Assembly: GCA_963697895.1 (NCBI GenBank)
Contig: OY969100.1
Coordinates: 1,696,001 to 1,760,000 of the forward strand
Direction of reading: 5' to 3'
Source of the DNA: an uncultured Methanomicrobiales archaeon
GTDB lineage: Archaea; Halobacteriota; Methanomicrobia; Methanomicrobiales; Methanospirillaceae
Length of the DNA stretch: 64,000 bases
Positions 21,060-31,198 of this stretch are shown piece by piece (position 1 is the first letter of the stretch; each line of letters opens with the position of its first letter). The notes beneath the pieces were generated by a model, which saw only the letters and a list, made by a program, of their open reading frames with translations, ran no database searches and had not been told where the DNA came from. Made by a program: the position numbers and the translations under genes.

Positions 21060-22079
21060 TCAGATGGCTTTGAAGCCGAGTGCCTGATTGGTCATGGCCA
21101 CGGAAACGGCAGGATCAGTAACAGTTCCCATCATGGCCCGGATCGCATCTATATTCTCCACTACCACATCGGCTTCCTGATGGATTGCCTGAAAGAGATA
21201 TAGCTCTTTTCCCTCAACCGATATGGATTCTTCGAATATTCCGTTTTCCCATAGGTCCGATCTGCAACGGCCGAGGTCCATTGCGAATTCCTTCAGTTCT
21301 GCGGTACTGGTGATACCGGTTTCCTTCCGTACAAGCCCCATTCTCGGGTGTTTCTCAATAATCTCAATTACATGGTCCCGTGTGGCCGCTTTTTTAAGGT
21401 CCATCTGCACAACATGCATGTGCATCATCGTGACAGGCACAATCATAGCAAGGGTGACGATGTTGATATGCGGCAGAACGCTTTGTACATCAGGTCCGTG
21501 GTGGCTCGGAATGTGTACCGGGTTGAGTACGATGGCATCGATAGGTCCCCGCTTGATATCCGCCGGGTCGCCACCTCTGCGAACCATCACTGCCCTGACC
21601 TTTTCAATACCGAATACTTTGTCCATTGCGTTGATTATTCGGCACAGACCAGTCGTATTACAGGATACGACACGTGTGAAATTTCGGCCGATTGCTTTCG
21701 TATAGTTGCAGTCGGAGTTGAAGGAGAAACCGGCAATTGCATGCTCCTCTCCCCCCTGCCAGATTGCCTTTACGCCGAATTTTTCATAAAGCGGTTTATT
21801 CTTCTCACCTACTCCGCCAGGTGTCGCGTCAATGACAATATCGGCCGCCTTAATCATATCCTCAACACTGCCGGCTACCGGAATTCCAGCCTTATCAAAG
21901 GCATTCTTTTTTGCCATGTCCGCGATATACAGAGGGTACCCCCGGATGGACGCGATCACCGCTTCATGGCTGGGGCGGGTCTTTGAGACCCCAATCACTT
22001 TCATATCCGGTTGAGCGGCAACTGCGTCAGCAACTCGCTTCCCAATGGTCCCGTATCCGTTGATTGCGACATCGATCAT
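21060..22079 (-). CDS. gap: Type II (archaeal) glyceraldehyde-3-phosphate dehydrogenase
   Basis: INGYGTIGKRVA, VVSCNTTGL, PSHHGPD, IHQEA; start at MIDVAING. Confidence 0.95.
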   Translation of the reverse strand: MIDVAINGYGTIGKRVADAVAAQPDMKVIGVSKTRPSHEAVIASIRGYPLYIADMAKKNAFDKAGIPVAGSVEDMIKAADIVIDATPGGVGEKNKPLYEKFGVKAIWQGGEEHAIAGFSFNSDCNYTKAIGRNFTRVVSCNTTGLCRIINAMDKVFGIEKVRAVMVRRGGDPADIKRGPIDAIVLNPVHIPSHHGPDVQSVLPHINIVTLAMIVPVTMMHMHVVQMDLKKAATRDHVIEIIEKHPRMGLVRKETGITSTAELKEFAMDLGRCRSDLWENGIFEESISVEGKELYLFQAIHQEADVVVENIDAIRAMMGTVTDPAVSVAMTNQALGFKAI

Positions 22080-22472
22080 ATGAGATGACATGTCCCATAA
22101 GAAATAATAAAGATTCCCACAAAAGCGAATCAGCGAATATTTGTACAGATTTAGGAGGAGACATTGTGAGTTTTTTGCCCGGGTACTCGATGCGCATCCT
22201 CTGTTCCCGGGACCGCTAATTAATTTGACGTAACGATATGAGACAAGGGGAACTCCGGACATCTGGACGGTTGGACGGGATCTATAAAAATACGCCACAG
22301 AACTGTGCCATGGCGCCATGCGTAAATAATATGCTCATTAATATGAGAAGATGACACGTATCATTTCCGATCAAATGCTCCGCATGCATCATGACAGGAA
22401 TGTGCGTTCCGGTACGTGGGGCCTGAAATTTCACCGCACGATGACGAAAAAGCGGTAAATACCATTATGCCT

Positions 22473-22667
22473 TCAGGAAACCCTCATAATCCACCGCGGA
22501 GCAATTGCCTTTGTTGGACAGAAAGCCTGGCAGTGGAAACACCCGATACAGATATTCTCATGTGTGGCGTGCGCTTTTCCGTGTTTCATCTCAAATACCC
22601 CCATGGAGCATTTTTTTTCGCAATCCCCGCACCCGTTGCAGAAGATATGATCGATGTACACCTCCAT
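22473..22667 (-). CDS. 2[4Fe-4S] ferredoxin
   Basis: CNGCGDCEKKC and CIGCFHCQAFCP. Confidence 0.88.
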   Translation of the reverse strand: MEVYIDHIFCNGCGDCEKKCSMGVFEMKHGKAHATHENICIGCFHCQAFCPTKAIAPRWIMRVS

Positions 22668-22813
22668 CTGTATAGTTGGGGAAGGGATGGTAAGCATATC
22701 TGGGTCCTCACCCCGGACTTATGGCATGATGGTATAAAAGAATCCGCTCTTGGAAGAATATTGAGGATCGCCCCGCATGCAAAAATCCGTAAGAAGGAAT
22801 AATGGAACTGCAA

Positions 22814-23290
22814 TCAGGAATCATCGGTATTCTTCTTTCGCGGGGGCTGATTGATCATATGCCAGTATTGGCCGAGCTCGCGGATCACATTTGCAAATTG
22901 ATCGAACTGCACGGGTTTGACTATGTAACTGTTGACGCCAAGATTATAACTCTCCACAATATCCCGCTCTTCGCTTGACGAGGTGAGGACGACAACCGGT
23001 ATCGTGCAGGTCACGGGATTTTTTTTAATCCTTCGGAGAACTTCGATCCCGTTTATCTTGGGGAGTTTGAGGTCGAGAAGAATAACATTCGGGATATCCT
23101 CCACATTTCTTCCGGAATAGGCCCCCGTGCCGAATATATAATCAAGGGCTTCGGCTCCATCCCATGCCACATGAACACGTTCTTTCAGGTTGCACCATTG
23201 AAATACATGGAGGATCAATTCGACATCGTTGGGATTGTCCTCCACGAGGAGTATCTCAATGGGTCCACCCTGGTCAGTCATTAACTTCAT
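22814..23290 (-). CDS. Single-domain response regulator (Rcp1-like receiver)
   Basis: LLVEDN, LLDLKLP, VLTSS, NSYIVKP. Confidence 0.92.
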   Translation of the reverse strand: MKLMTDQGGPIEILLVEDNPNDVELILHVFQWCNLKERVHVAWDGAEALDYIFGTGAYSGRNVEDIPNVILLDLKLPKINGIEVLRRIKKNPVTCTIPVVVLTSSSEERDIVESYNLGVNSYIVKPVQFDQFANVIRELGQYWHMINQPPRKKNTDDS

Positions 23291-25591
23291 ATTCCCCCGA
23301 GAGTGAAGAAAAAGGTTGTGCCCCGGTCAATCGCGGAGTTAACCCAGATCTCCCCCCCATGTCGCTGAATAATCCGCTGCACAATAGCGAGACCGACTCC
23401 GGTCCCCTCGTATTCGTCACTGTTGTTCAGTCGCTGGAATACCCCGAAAACAGAATCCGCGTATTGCATATCAAATCCGACTCCATTATCCTGCACGAAA
23501 TAAACCGACTGGCCATCTTTCCAGGACGAACCGATCTCAATCAGGGCTTTTTCGCGTTTTCGGGTAAATTTCAGGGCATTTGAAATCAGGTTTACATACA
23601 CCTGCTTAAGGAGCACAGGATCGACATAACACACGGGGAGGTCTCCGATCCGGATCTCCACCGATCTCCTCTCCTGTTCACTCCTCAATTCATCCAGCGC
23701 TTCACGGACTGCAGGTTCCGGTGCAACAATTTGTTTGTTCAGGGGTTGACGGCTCATTCTTGAGAAATTGAGGAGATCGTCGATCAGATAACTCATATGG
23801 CGGGTATTTTGGCGAACTTTATTCAGGTACCGTTGCGCATCGGGAGGAAGTGATGTCAGGAATTCCTCTATCAGGATCAGGGAGAATCCATCAATTGCCC
23901 GCAAGGGGGCGCGGAGATCATGCGAGACCGTATAGCTGAAAGACTCAAGTTCCTTATTGGCAGACTCCAATTCCGCAGTTCTTTCCCTGACCCGTTGTTC
24001 CAGTTCCTCGTTGAGCATCCGGTATTTTTCCTCACTTTGTTTTAACGCGTCTTCCGCCTGTTTCTGATCGGTTATATCGCGGCCGACAGACTGGTATTCG
24101 AGGAGTACCCCGGTATCGTTGAAAATCGCACTATCATTCCATTGCTGCCACCTGACCCTGCCATCAGGTGTGATGATACGGTGTTCGATGGTACCGGCGG
24201 GATTTTCCCGGGAGAGTGATAACAGGTGAGTTCGTATCATTTCTCTTTCTGAGCCGGGATACCGTACCCGGGATCGGTGCCCGATAATATCGGTACATTG
24301 CACCCCAAAATAACGGCAGTAGGCATCGTTCACGAACGTTATAGTTCCATCGGGAAGGAATCGGGCGATAAATTCATTCTGACTGTGAACAACGGCCCGG
24401 TACCGCTCCTCACTGGACTTGAGGTGAACCTCACTATCCTGCAGCCTCAAAATGGCGGTTTTTAATGTGGATACCATGGTATTGATGCTCCGCTCGAGAA
24501 TCGCAAACTCTCTTCCCCTTGTCGGTGATATGGTGTGGTCCAGATCGCCCTTCGCGATCTGATCGACATCATCCACGATACCCCTTATCGGACGGGTCAG
24601 GTATCGCGAAACCACCGTCGCGATACTAAGACCGATGAGAAGTGCAATCGCCGCGACAAATATATGGAATAGCACGAGATTGTTGAGACGGGTCTGCACT
24701 AAGGCATTGTCATATGTTAATTCAACAACAAGACTCATATCTGCCGCATATTCAGGATCAGTGAGATTTATGAATAGGTATTTAATTTTAGTATCAGTCT
24801 CTGCATTGAAGAATTCGATGCTTGTACGATCCTGAAAGATATGATCCAGGGTCGTTGACAGCTGGGTATCCGGAACATCAGCTCTTATTTCCCACCAGAC
24901 GCTTCGCGGTGGTGAAGATACGGACGTTTTTCACGTACGGATTCTGGAGCGCGATTGCCTCAATTCCATCGGTGTACCGGAGGGTATTTCTATCCGCTTT
25001 AAACTCATCCCCGGGAAGGCCAAGTTCGAGAAGATACCGGTGATCCGATGTGGGCGTGTAAGCAAATTTTCTGATTTTGCCCGTATTTATCTCCTGGACC
25101 ACCCGGTCAGGAAAGAATCCCTCAGATAACCGCATCTCGGTTATATAATCGTAGAAGTACGGTGCGGTTGTCTTGAAGTCAAGGCCAAGATCCGGGGTAT
25201 ACGTAGTATACTCGACCACCCCTGATTCATTGATGATATAGAGGTCCATTTTTCCGCCAAGCCGCTGCTTCAGGCCCGCAAGGTCCATCCGGGCGGGGTT
25301 CCCGCCCGATTCCTTGTATCCCTGCGAAAATTGGACAAATCCCTGCTGCATCTGCTGGTTGAGGGTATTGTCAAACAGCTTGAGCCCGGTATCGATCAGG
25401 TGAACCGAATTTTCGATGTTACTCTCTGTCTGGTTTTGGAGCAGAAGTGCATCATTCTGGAATGTGATCTCGGCATTGTTATAATCGACAATGGCAATAC
25501 CGACAACAATTGCCAGAATGAGGAGAAAGGTAAACCCGAGGAGATAATGTGAAAATGGAGATTGCTTCTTTGGCGAATTCATAATATTCAT
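23287..25591 (-). CDS. Membrane sensor histidine kinase (TM-extracytoplasmic-TM-HAMP-PAS-HisKA-HATPase), split by a +1 frameshift at ~24879
   Basis: ORFs 24878-25591 and 23287-24738 join into 767 aa if one base is removed; the intervening frame is open (VPDTQLSTTLDHIF...AADMSLVVE); SHDLRAPL, NLISNA, DNGVGF, GTGVGL. Confidence 0.85.
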
Positions 25592-25793
25592 TCCCCCTCA
25601 GGTCATCCTCGCAAATCGGAGATGGCCCGGTTCCCCAAACCCGGTATGGTGTATTCTGGTCACTTATTATAAAAAGGATGCAGTCCTGGCATCAGTCATA
25701 AAAACAACTGTTGGAGAGGGGAAAAATATGTCTCATGAGCAGGAATAGAGGATAATAATCTTTTTCGCTGGGGACACGGTATAACACCATTAT

Positions 25794-27938
25794 ATGATCT
25801 TGGATGAGGATAAGATCACCAGGATAAAGAAACTATTAAAGTCCCGGCCGAAAGGTCTTACCATCTCTGATATATCACAGATTTTGAAGATTAACCGGAA
25901 CTCGGTTGCCAAATATCTTGAAATCCTGCTTATCACGGGACATGTCGAGATGCGGGCATATGGAAACGCAAAGGTGTATTATCTCTCGCAACGGGTTCCT
26001 TTTTCAGCGATGCTCCGGTTTGCCTCTGATCTTATCATGGTCGTCGACAGTGAAATGAAAATAATGGATATTAACGATCATTTTCTCTTATTCTTCTCTG
26101 CCGAGCGCGGGGATCTTATTGGGATGGATATCCGGGAGTTCTCCTACCCGCCATTGACTGATCCAAAATTCCATCAGTTCCTCGAGAGAGCACAGCGACA
26201 GGAGGAAGTAGTTGAGGAGATTGGGCTTAAAAAGGAGGGAGAAGAACGGTTCTTCAGGATCAAGATTGTACCGACGGTATTCGATGATGGATCCCGGGGG
26301 TGGACGCTGATCCTGGAAGATATCTCCCTGCAGAAACGGTACGAGGAAAAACTCCGGATGAACGAGGCCCGGTATCGTGCCATCGTTGAGGACCAGACCG
26401 AGATGATCTGCCGGTTCCTCCCGGATGGGACGGTCACTTTTGTAAACGAATCGCTCTCCCGGTATTTTGGTATGATCCCGAAGAATTTAGTCGGAAAGAG
26501 TTTCCTCTCGTTTATCCACGAGGAAGACCGGGAGAAACTCATGGCAGGAATTTCTCAGTTATCTCCTGCCAACCCGATCATGACGATCGAAGATCGTGTC
26601 ATACTCCCTAACGGGACTCACCGATGGAACCAATGGACCAACCGGGCTCTGTTCGATGAAGAAACGGTGGTTGAATACCAGGGGGTCGGGCGGGACATCA
26701 CGGATCAGAAAATCGTCGAAAGGGAATTGATCATCAAAGATAGCGCGATAGCCTCTTCAATCAACGGGATTGGAATTGCGGACCTGAATGGAAGGGTCAC
26801 GTACGCAAACCGGGCCTTCCTCCGGATGTTCGGATATGAAGACGATAGGGAAGTTCTTCAAAAACCCATCGAATTCTTCGCTCATGGAGATCGTGTTGAA
26901 TCCAGTGTGATCGATGAAGTCATGTGCTCGCTTCGGCGAAAGGAGGGATGGATCGGCGAAATCCACCCGAGGAGGTCTGATGGCACCGGTTTCGACGCCC
27001 AATTAACAGCGAATATCGTCACCGATTCGGCCGGGCAGCCACTCTGCCTGATGGCGTCTATTCAGGATATCACAGAGCGGAAAAGGGCCGAACGCGAGCT
27101 CCGGATGAAAGAGACCGCGATCTCATCAGCGATAAATGGAATTGCCCTATTTGACACCGACGCCTTTCTGATCTATGCAAACCGGGCATTTCAGAAGATG
27201 TTTGGGTATACCGACAACGATGAGATCATTGGCAGGCCCGATGAATGGTTTGCCCACGAGGATCGGGAGACACTCAATGTAATCAGGAATCTTAAAGATT
27301 CCGTGATGAGAGAAGCGTCCTGGATCGGGGATGTACGACTTCGCTCCCGGAATGGATCGCGGCTGTATGTGCAGATAACGGCATCTCTCGTGAAGGATGA
27401 AAACGAAATACCTATCTGCACCATGCTCTCCATCGTGGATAATACCAGCCAGAAGCGGATTGAAGAGGCGCTGAGAACGACCTACGATAAACTTCAGGAT
27501 GCGATCGAATTCATGCCGGATCCGACATTTATCGTTGACCGGGATAACCGGGTTATCGCGTGGAACCGGGCCCTCGAAAAACTCACGGGCGTAAAAAAAG
27601 ATTATATTCTCGGAAAAGCGGATTACCAGAAGGCATTTCAATTTTATCAGGGGGTCAGGCCGGTGCTGGTAGACCTGATCGGCATGCCTTCACAGGAGAT
27701 CGACCGGTCGTACCCTCAGGTCAGACGATTCGGAGACGATATATTCGTTGAGGCATTCATACCAGGCCTGAACGCGGGAAAGGGAGGGTATATGTGGGGT
27801 AAAGCATCTCCGCTCATGGATCAGGATGGCAACCGTATTGGTGCGATAGAGTCGGTGCGTGACATAACCGAATGGAAACGGGCGGAAGAATCTCTCCGGC
27901 AGTCAGGCAGCAGGAAAGGTGGACAAAGCGAGTCCTGA
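25794..27938 (+). CDS. wHTH plus five-PAS-domain sensory regulator (no kinase or receiver domain)
   Basis: N-terminal GLTISDIS...NRNSVAKYLEIL HTH; repeated PAS/PAC units ending DITxxK. Confidence 0.85.
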   Translation: MILDEDKITRIKKLLKSRPKGLTISDISQILKINRNSVAKYLEILLITGHVEMRAYGNAKVYYLSQRVPFSAMLRFASDLIMVVDSEMKIMDINDHFLLFFSAERGDLIGMDIREFSYPPLTDPKFHQFLERAQRQEEVVEEIGLKKEGEERFFRIKIVPTVFDDGSRGWTLILEDISLQKRYEEKLRMNEARYRAIVEDQTEMICRFLPDGTVTFVNESLSRYFGMIPKNLVGKSFLSFIHEEDREKLMAGISQLSPANPIMTIEDRVILPNGTHRWNQWTNRALFDEETVVEYQGVGRDITDQKIVERELIIKDSAIASSINGIGIADLNGRVTYANRAFLRMFGYEDDREVLQKPIEFFAHGDRVESSVIDEVMCSLRRKEGWIGEIHPRRSDGTGFDAQLTANIVTDSAGQPLCLMASIQDITERKRAERELRMKETAISSAINGIALFDTDAFLIYANRAFQKMFGYTDNDEIIGRPDEWFAHEDRETLNVIRNLKDSVMREASWIGDVRLRSRNGSRLYVQITASLVKDENEIPICTMLSIVDNTSQKRIEEALRTTYDKLQDAIEFMPDPTFIVDRDNRVIAWNRALEKLTGVKKDYILGKADYQKAFQFYQGVRPVLVDLIGMPSQEIDRSYPQVRRFGDDIFVEAFIPGLNAGKGGYMWGKASPLMDQDGNRIGAIESVRDITEWKRAEESLRQSGSRKGGQSES

Positions 27939-28012
27939 TTCATTTTTTCCTGAAACTAATCACTTCGAATGTATGGGTGTGCCCTGGAACCGATGGGAAA
28001 ACAAGGACTGTT

Positions 28013-28504
28013 TCATAAATATTCTGCCTGGATTTCGATGACTTCTCGACTGTCGCAGGCTGCAGCATAACGCGAAAGCAGTTCAGCATTGAGCTCGAGA
28101 AACCTGATGCCCCAGGAAAACGGCTCGAGAAGATGCAAAGCCTGGGCTTTTTCTCCAAGGATACAGAGTGCCGCCGCACATGCCTCCACCGAGGTGAGTC
28201 TGAATGGGCGGCCGAAATTTACCGGGTTGGCTGCGACAAGATATGGGAGGGCTCGATGTCTCCGGACCTTCTGAAGGGAGATCGTCTCAAGCACCTCCCA
28301 TGAGCAATCCAGTACCGTGATGGAGCGGACGGGGAGGTCTGCAGCCGACAGTGCCTGTTCCGCCGCGGGATCGAGGAGGAGGGTATTGCAGGGGATCCGG
28401 GAAGATTTTGCAATGACTGCAATCAAACCTGCTCTTTCCAGTTTCTTTACCGTACACTTACGCGGATCGCAGCTGTTATCCCGGAAAGAATAGAGAGGGA
28501 TCAT
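28013..28504 (-). CDS. tsr3: Tsr3 / DUF367 rRNA aminocarboxypropyltransferase
   Basis: CDPRKCT, LDCSW, RALPYLVAANPVNFG, LTSVEA, FSWG..FLELN. Confidence 0.92.
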   Translation of the reverse strand: MIPLYSFRDNSCDPRKCTVKKLERAGLIAVIAKSSRIPCNTLLLDPAAEQALSAADLPVRSITVLDCSWEVLETISLQKVRRHRALPYLVAANPVNFGRPFRLTSVEACAAALCILGEKAQALHLLEPFSWGIRFLELNAELLSRYAAACDSREVIEIQAEYL

Positions 28505-28534
28505 CTATCTTCTGTGAGCACCCACGATCTATCA

Positions 28535-29407
28535 ATGTATGTACTGATCTGTCCGTGCATCCTCAATCCCTCCCTGCGTGCCCGGGGAATCACCAGTCCC
28601 GTCGACAGGCAATTGTTTGAACGTGCAATCGAGCGGTGCAGAATATTTCACCTAGAGATTGTTCCCCTGCCTTGCACTGAAACGCTCTATCTCGGTAATG
28701 ATCGTCCACCGGGCACCTTTCTCGAACGTTTGAATACGAGTGATTTTTTCCAGCTCATGGATCGTCTGGAGGAAGATGTCCGGGATACGATTCGCAGACG
28801 CGGTCCTCCCCTTTGTATTATCGGGGTAAATTCTTCCCCGACCTGCGGGGTCACTAAAACCTATTACGGGAGTTCGGGAGAAGGTCCTGAAAAGAGGGAA
28901 GGACGCGGGGTATTTTTAGACCGGTTTCCTGAAATCGGGGCAATGGATGTCGCAGATTTTGCGGCATACCGGATTTATATCGCGGCACCCCTGTTTTCGG
29001 AGGCAGAAAAGTCCTACAATCTCCAGATCTCAAACCTCCTTACGAAGCACCTGTTTGAGACATACCTCCCGCAGACGATAGGGGACGATACTCAGTGTCG
29101 CGGGAAAGCCGCCCACCAGGAGATATTCCGGGCACATCTGCATGCACTGGCAAGGACAGATATCGTGGTAGCGATAATCGATGGTGCAGATGCAGACTCG
29201 GGGACAGCATGGGAGATGGGATATGCGTATGCCCGCGGCATTCCGGTCGTTGGGTTGAGAACAGATTTTCGTATGGCAGGCGACCACGAACGGGTCAATC
29301 TCATGCTCGAACAGGCTTCCCGGGTAATCAGCAGGAAGGAAGAACTCCCCATGATGTTAAAATCCCCCTGTTCCTGTCATCGGGGTTTGCCGGAAAAACC
29401 CGAATAA
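28535..29407 (+). CDS. Fusion of a DUF523/TudS-like domain and a nucleoside 2'-deoxyribosyltransferase-like domain
   Basis: N-terminal CPCILN, PCTE, SPTCG; C-terminal IYIAAPLFS, DSGTAWEMGYA, NLML. Confidence 0.8.
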   Translation: MYVLICPCILNPSLRARGITSPVDRQLFERAIERCRIFHLEIVPLPCTETLYLGNDRPPGTFLERLNTSDFFQLMDRLEEDVRDTIRRRGPPLCIIGVNSSPTCGVTKTYYGSSGEGPEKREGRGVFLDRFPEIGAMDVADFAAYRIYIAAPLFSEAEKSYNLQISNLLTKHLFETYLPQTIGDDTQCRGKAAHQEIFRAHLHALARTDIVVAIIDGADADSGTAWEMGYAYARGIPVVGLRTDFRMAGDHERVNLMLEQASRVISRKEELPMMLKSPCSCHRGLPEKPE

Positions 29408-29524
29408 CCCTGATTTTCGACGGGTTTTCCATGAGTTTTTGAAGTTCTCCCCGAAATGGGGAGAAACCGGCGAATTACGGGGTGAAGAATAATGATATTC
29501 CCCTTCATCCAATCTATAGTGATC

Positions 29525-30496
29525 ATGCCTAATCTCAACGTGGCGGTAATCGGTCCGGCTGGATATGCTCAACAGATGGGTAAGAAAGGTACGGAATCAG
29601 ATATTACGTTTTATAATCTGAAACGGGACGAAGCAACCCTCACTTTGGTTGAACCAACCCGGTACCCGGAAAAGCTGGCATCTCTCTTCTTTGCGGTCTC
29701 CCTGGCCGACACGATCATTCTCGTAGTTGAAGAGATCGGCCCTGCCTTTGGCGAATGTGTTCTTATGCTTGATTGTGCGGACAAAAAGAATGGCATCATG
29801 GTACTTCGGAATTTTATCTCTGCCGACCAGATCATCCCATTGACCAGTGGTACCATAGTTGCTGGATACGAGATCATCGGGGACGATCCGCGATTGATTC
29901 GGGAACGTCTTCTTACGGAAGCCTCTAATATCCGGACAAATGACCTGCCGGCAGGAATTGCATCAACCGGGGTGGTTCCGATCGATCAGTTCTTCGCAGT
30001 CAAAGGAATCGGGACCGTGGTACTCGGGATAGTTTCCTCCGGAGTTATCAGACGACATGATACGCTCAGGGTGTACCCGACTGCAAAGGAAGCACTCGTC
30101 CGATCCCTGCAGAAACATGATGACGAGGCTGATCTGGCATATTCCGGGGACAGGGTCGGCATCGCACTGAAAGGGGTGGAAGTAACCGATCTCGACCGGG
30201 GATATGTGCTCTCGAATGATCCGGCGATCGTTACCTCGTCCACGCTCACGGGCAGAGGGGAGATCATCAAATACTGGCCTAACCCGATCAGGGAGGGAAT
30301 GATACTTTTCATCGGTCACTGGATGCAATTCATGCCGGCACGCGTGGCGTTTGTGGACAATGCCGGAGACTGGCGGAAGCCTCATCTGACCCTCAGGACA
30401 GATAAGGATCTGGTCTATCTTCCCGGTGCGGTTGGCATCCTGACCTATCTTGAGGGGGGCAAACTCCGGATTGTAGGGAAATTTCATCTATCCTAA
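29525..30496 (+). CDS. SelB-like / EF-Tu-domain protein with degenerate GTPase domain (aSelBL-like)
   Basis: GKKGTESDITFY, IDQFFAVKGIGTVVLG, SLQKHD, GDRVGIALKG, RGYVL; no GHxDxGKT. Confidence 0.8.
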   Translation: MPNLNVAVIGPAGYAQQMGKKGTESDITFYNLKRDEATLTLVEPTRYPEKLASLFFAVSLADTIILVVEEIGPAFGECVLMLDCADKKNGIMVLRNFISADQIIPLTSGTIVAGYEIIGDDPRLIRERLLTEASNIRTNDLPAGIASTGVVPIDQFFAVKGIGTVVLGIVSSGVIRRHDTLRVYPTAKEALVRSLQKHDDEADLAYSGDRVGIALKGVEVTDLDRGYVLSNDPAIVTSSTLTGRGEIIKYWPNPIREGMILFIGHWMQFMPARVAFVDNAGDWRKPHLTLRTDKDLVYLPGAVGILTYLEGGKLRIVGKFHLS

Positions 30497-30615
30497 GAAA
30501 GGTAAGCGGCCCCTCTCTTTCTCGGATCAATACTGGGGAAACCCTCTCCCGCTCGGAGGCCGCATACTTGGAATATTTAATGATATGGTACCACATTCAT
30601 TATTCAGGTGAAGAT

Positions 30616-31188
30616 ATGGCCTTGGGAGATTGGATCCCGTATATCGTCGGGGGCATCATTGTCCTTGTCATCATCGGGCTGGTCCTGTATTTTGTTGGCA
30701 TTTATAACCGGTTTTTCAGTCTGAAGAATTCATCAGAAGCAACACTGGGACAAATCCGCGTTGCAATGAAGAAACGGCTCGATATGATCGAACAGCTGCT
30801 CGGTGCAGTCAAAAGCTACGCCAAGTTCGAACGCGAAGTCTTTGAGAAAGTAACCGCTATGAGGGCGGCGGTTGGGACTGCCCCGGTCGGGGATCTGAAT
30901 CAGATTGAGGCAGAATCAAGATCTCTGATCGGCAGACTGTTTGCGGTTGCTGAAAACTACCCGGACCTCAAGACCAATACGACCGTAATACCGCTCATGG
31001 ATGCGGTCAGGAGCATCGAGGAAGAGATTGCCCGCCAGCGGTATACGTATAACAACATATCCCAGCAGTACAACACCATGGTGGACGTTATTCCCTCCAA
31101 TTTCATCGCCCGGTTGATGGCATTCTCGAAACTTCCGTACCTCGAATTTGAAGAAGCTATCCGGACACCTCCGAAGATTGAGTTCTAA
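30616..31188 (+). CDS. lemA: LemA-family protein
   Basis: N-terminal TM, YNRF, KKRLD, VKSYAKFE, AENYPDLK, YNN, PSNFIA. Confidence 0.9.
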   Translation: MALGDWIPYIVGGIIVLVIIGLVLYFVGIYNRFFSLKNSSEATLGQIRVAMKKRLDMIEQLLGAVKSYAKFEREVFEKVTAMRAAVGTAPVGDLNQIEAESRSLIGRLFAVAENYPDLKTNTTVIPLMDAVRSIEEEIARQRYTYNNISQQYNTMVDVIPSNFIARLMAFSKLPYLEFEEAIRTPPKIEF

Positions 31189-31198
31189 GGGATTGCCT

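Noticed and set aside
22309-22346. Short palindromes CATGGCGCCATG and CTCAT-taat-ATGAG between gap and the ferredoxin gene
   Set aside because: Single short occurrences that could arise by chance; no regulator can be assigned
24878-24880. In-frame TGA considered as selenocysteine readthrough, given a SelB-like gene nearby
   Set aside because: The downstream coding sequence continues in a different frame, so it is a frameshift and not readthrough
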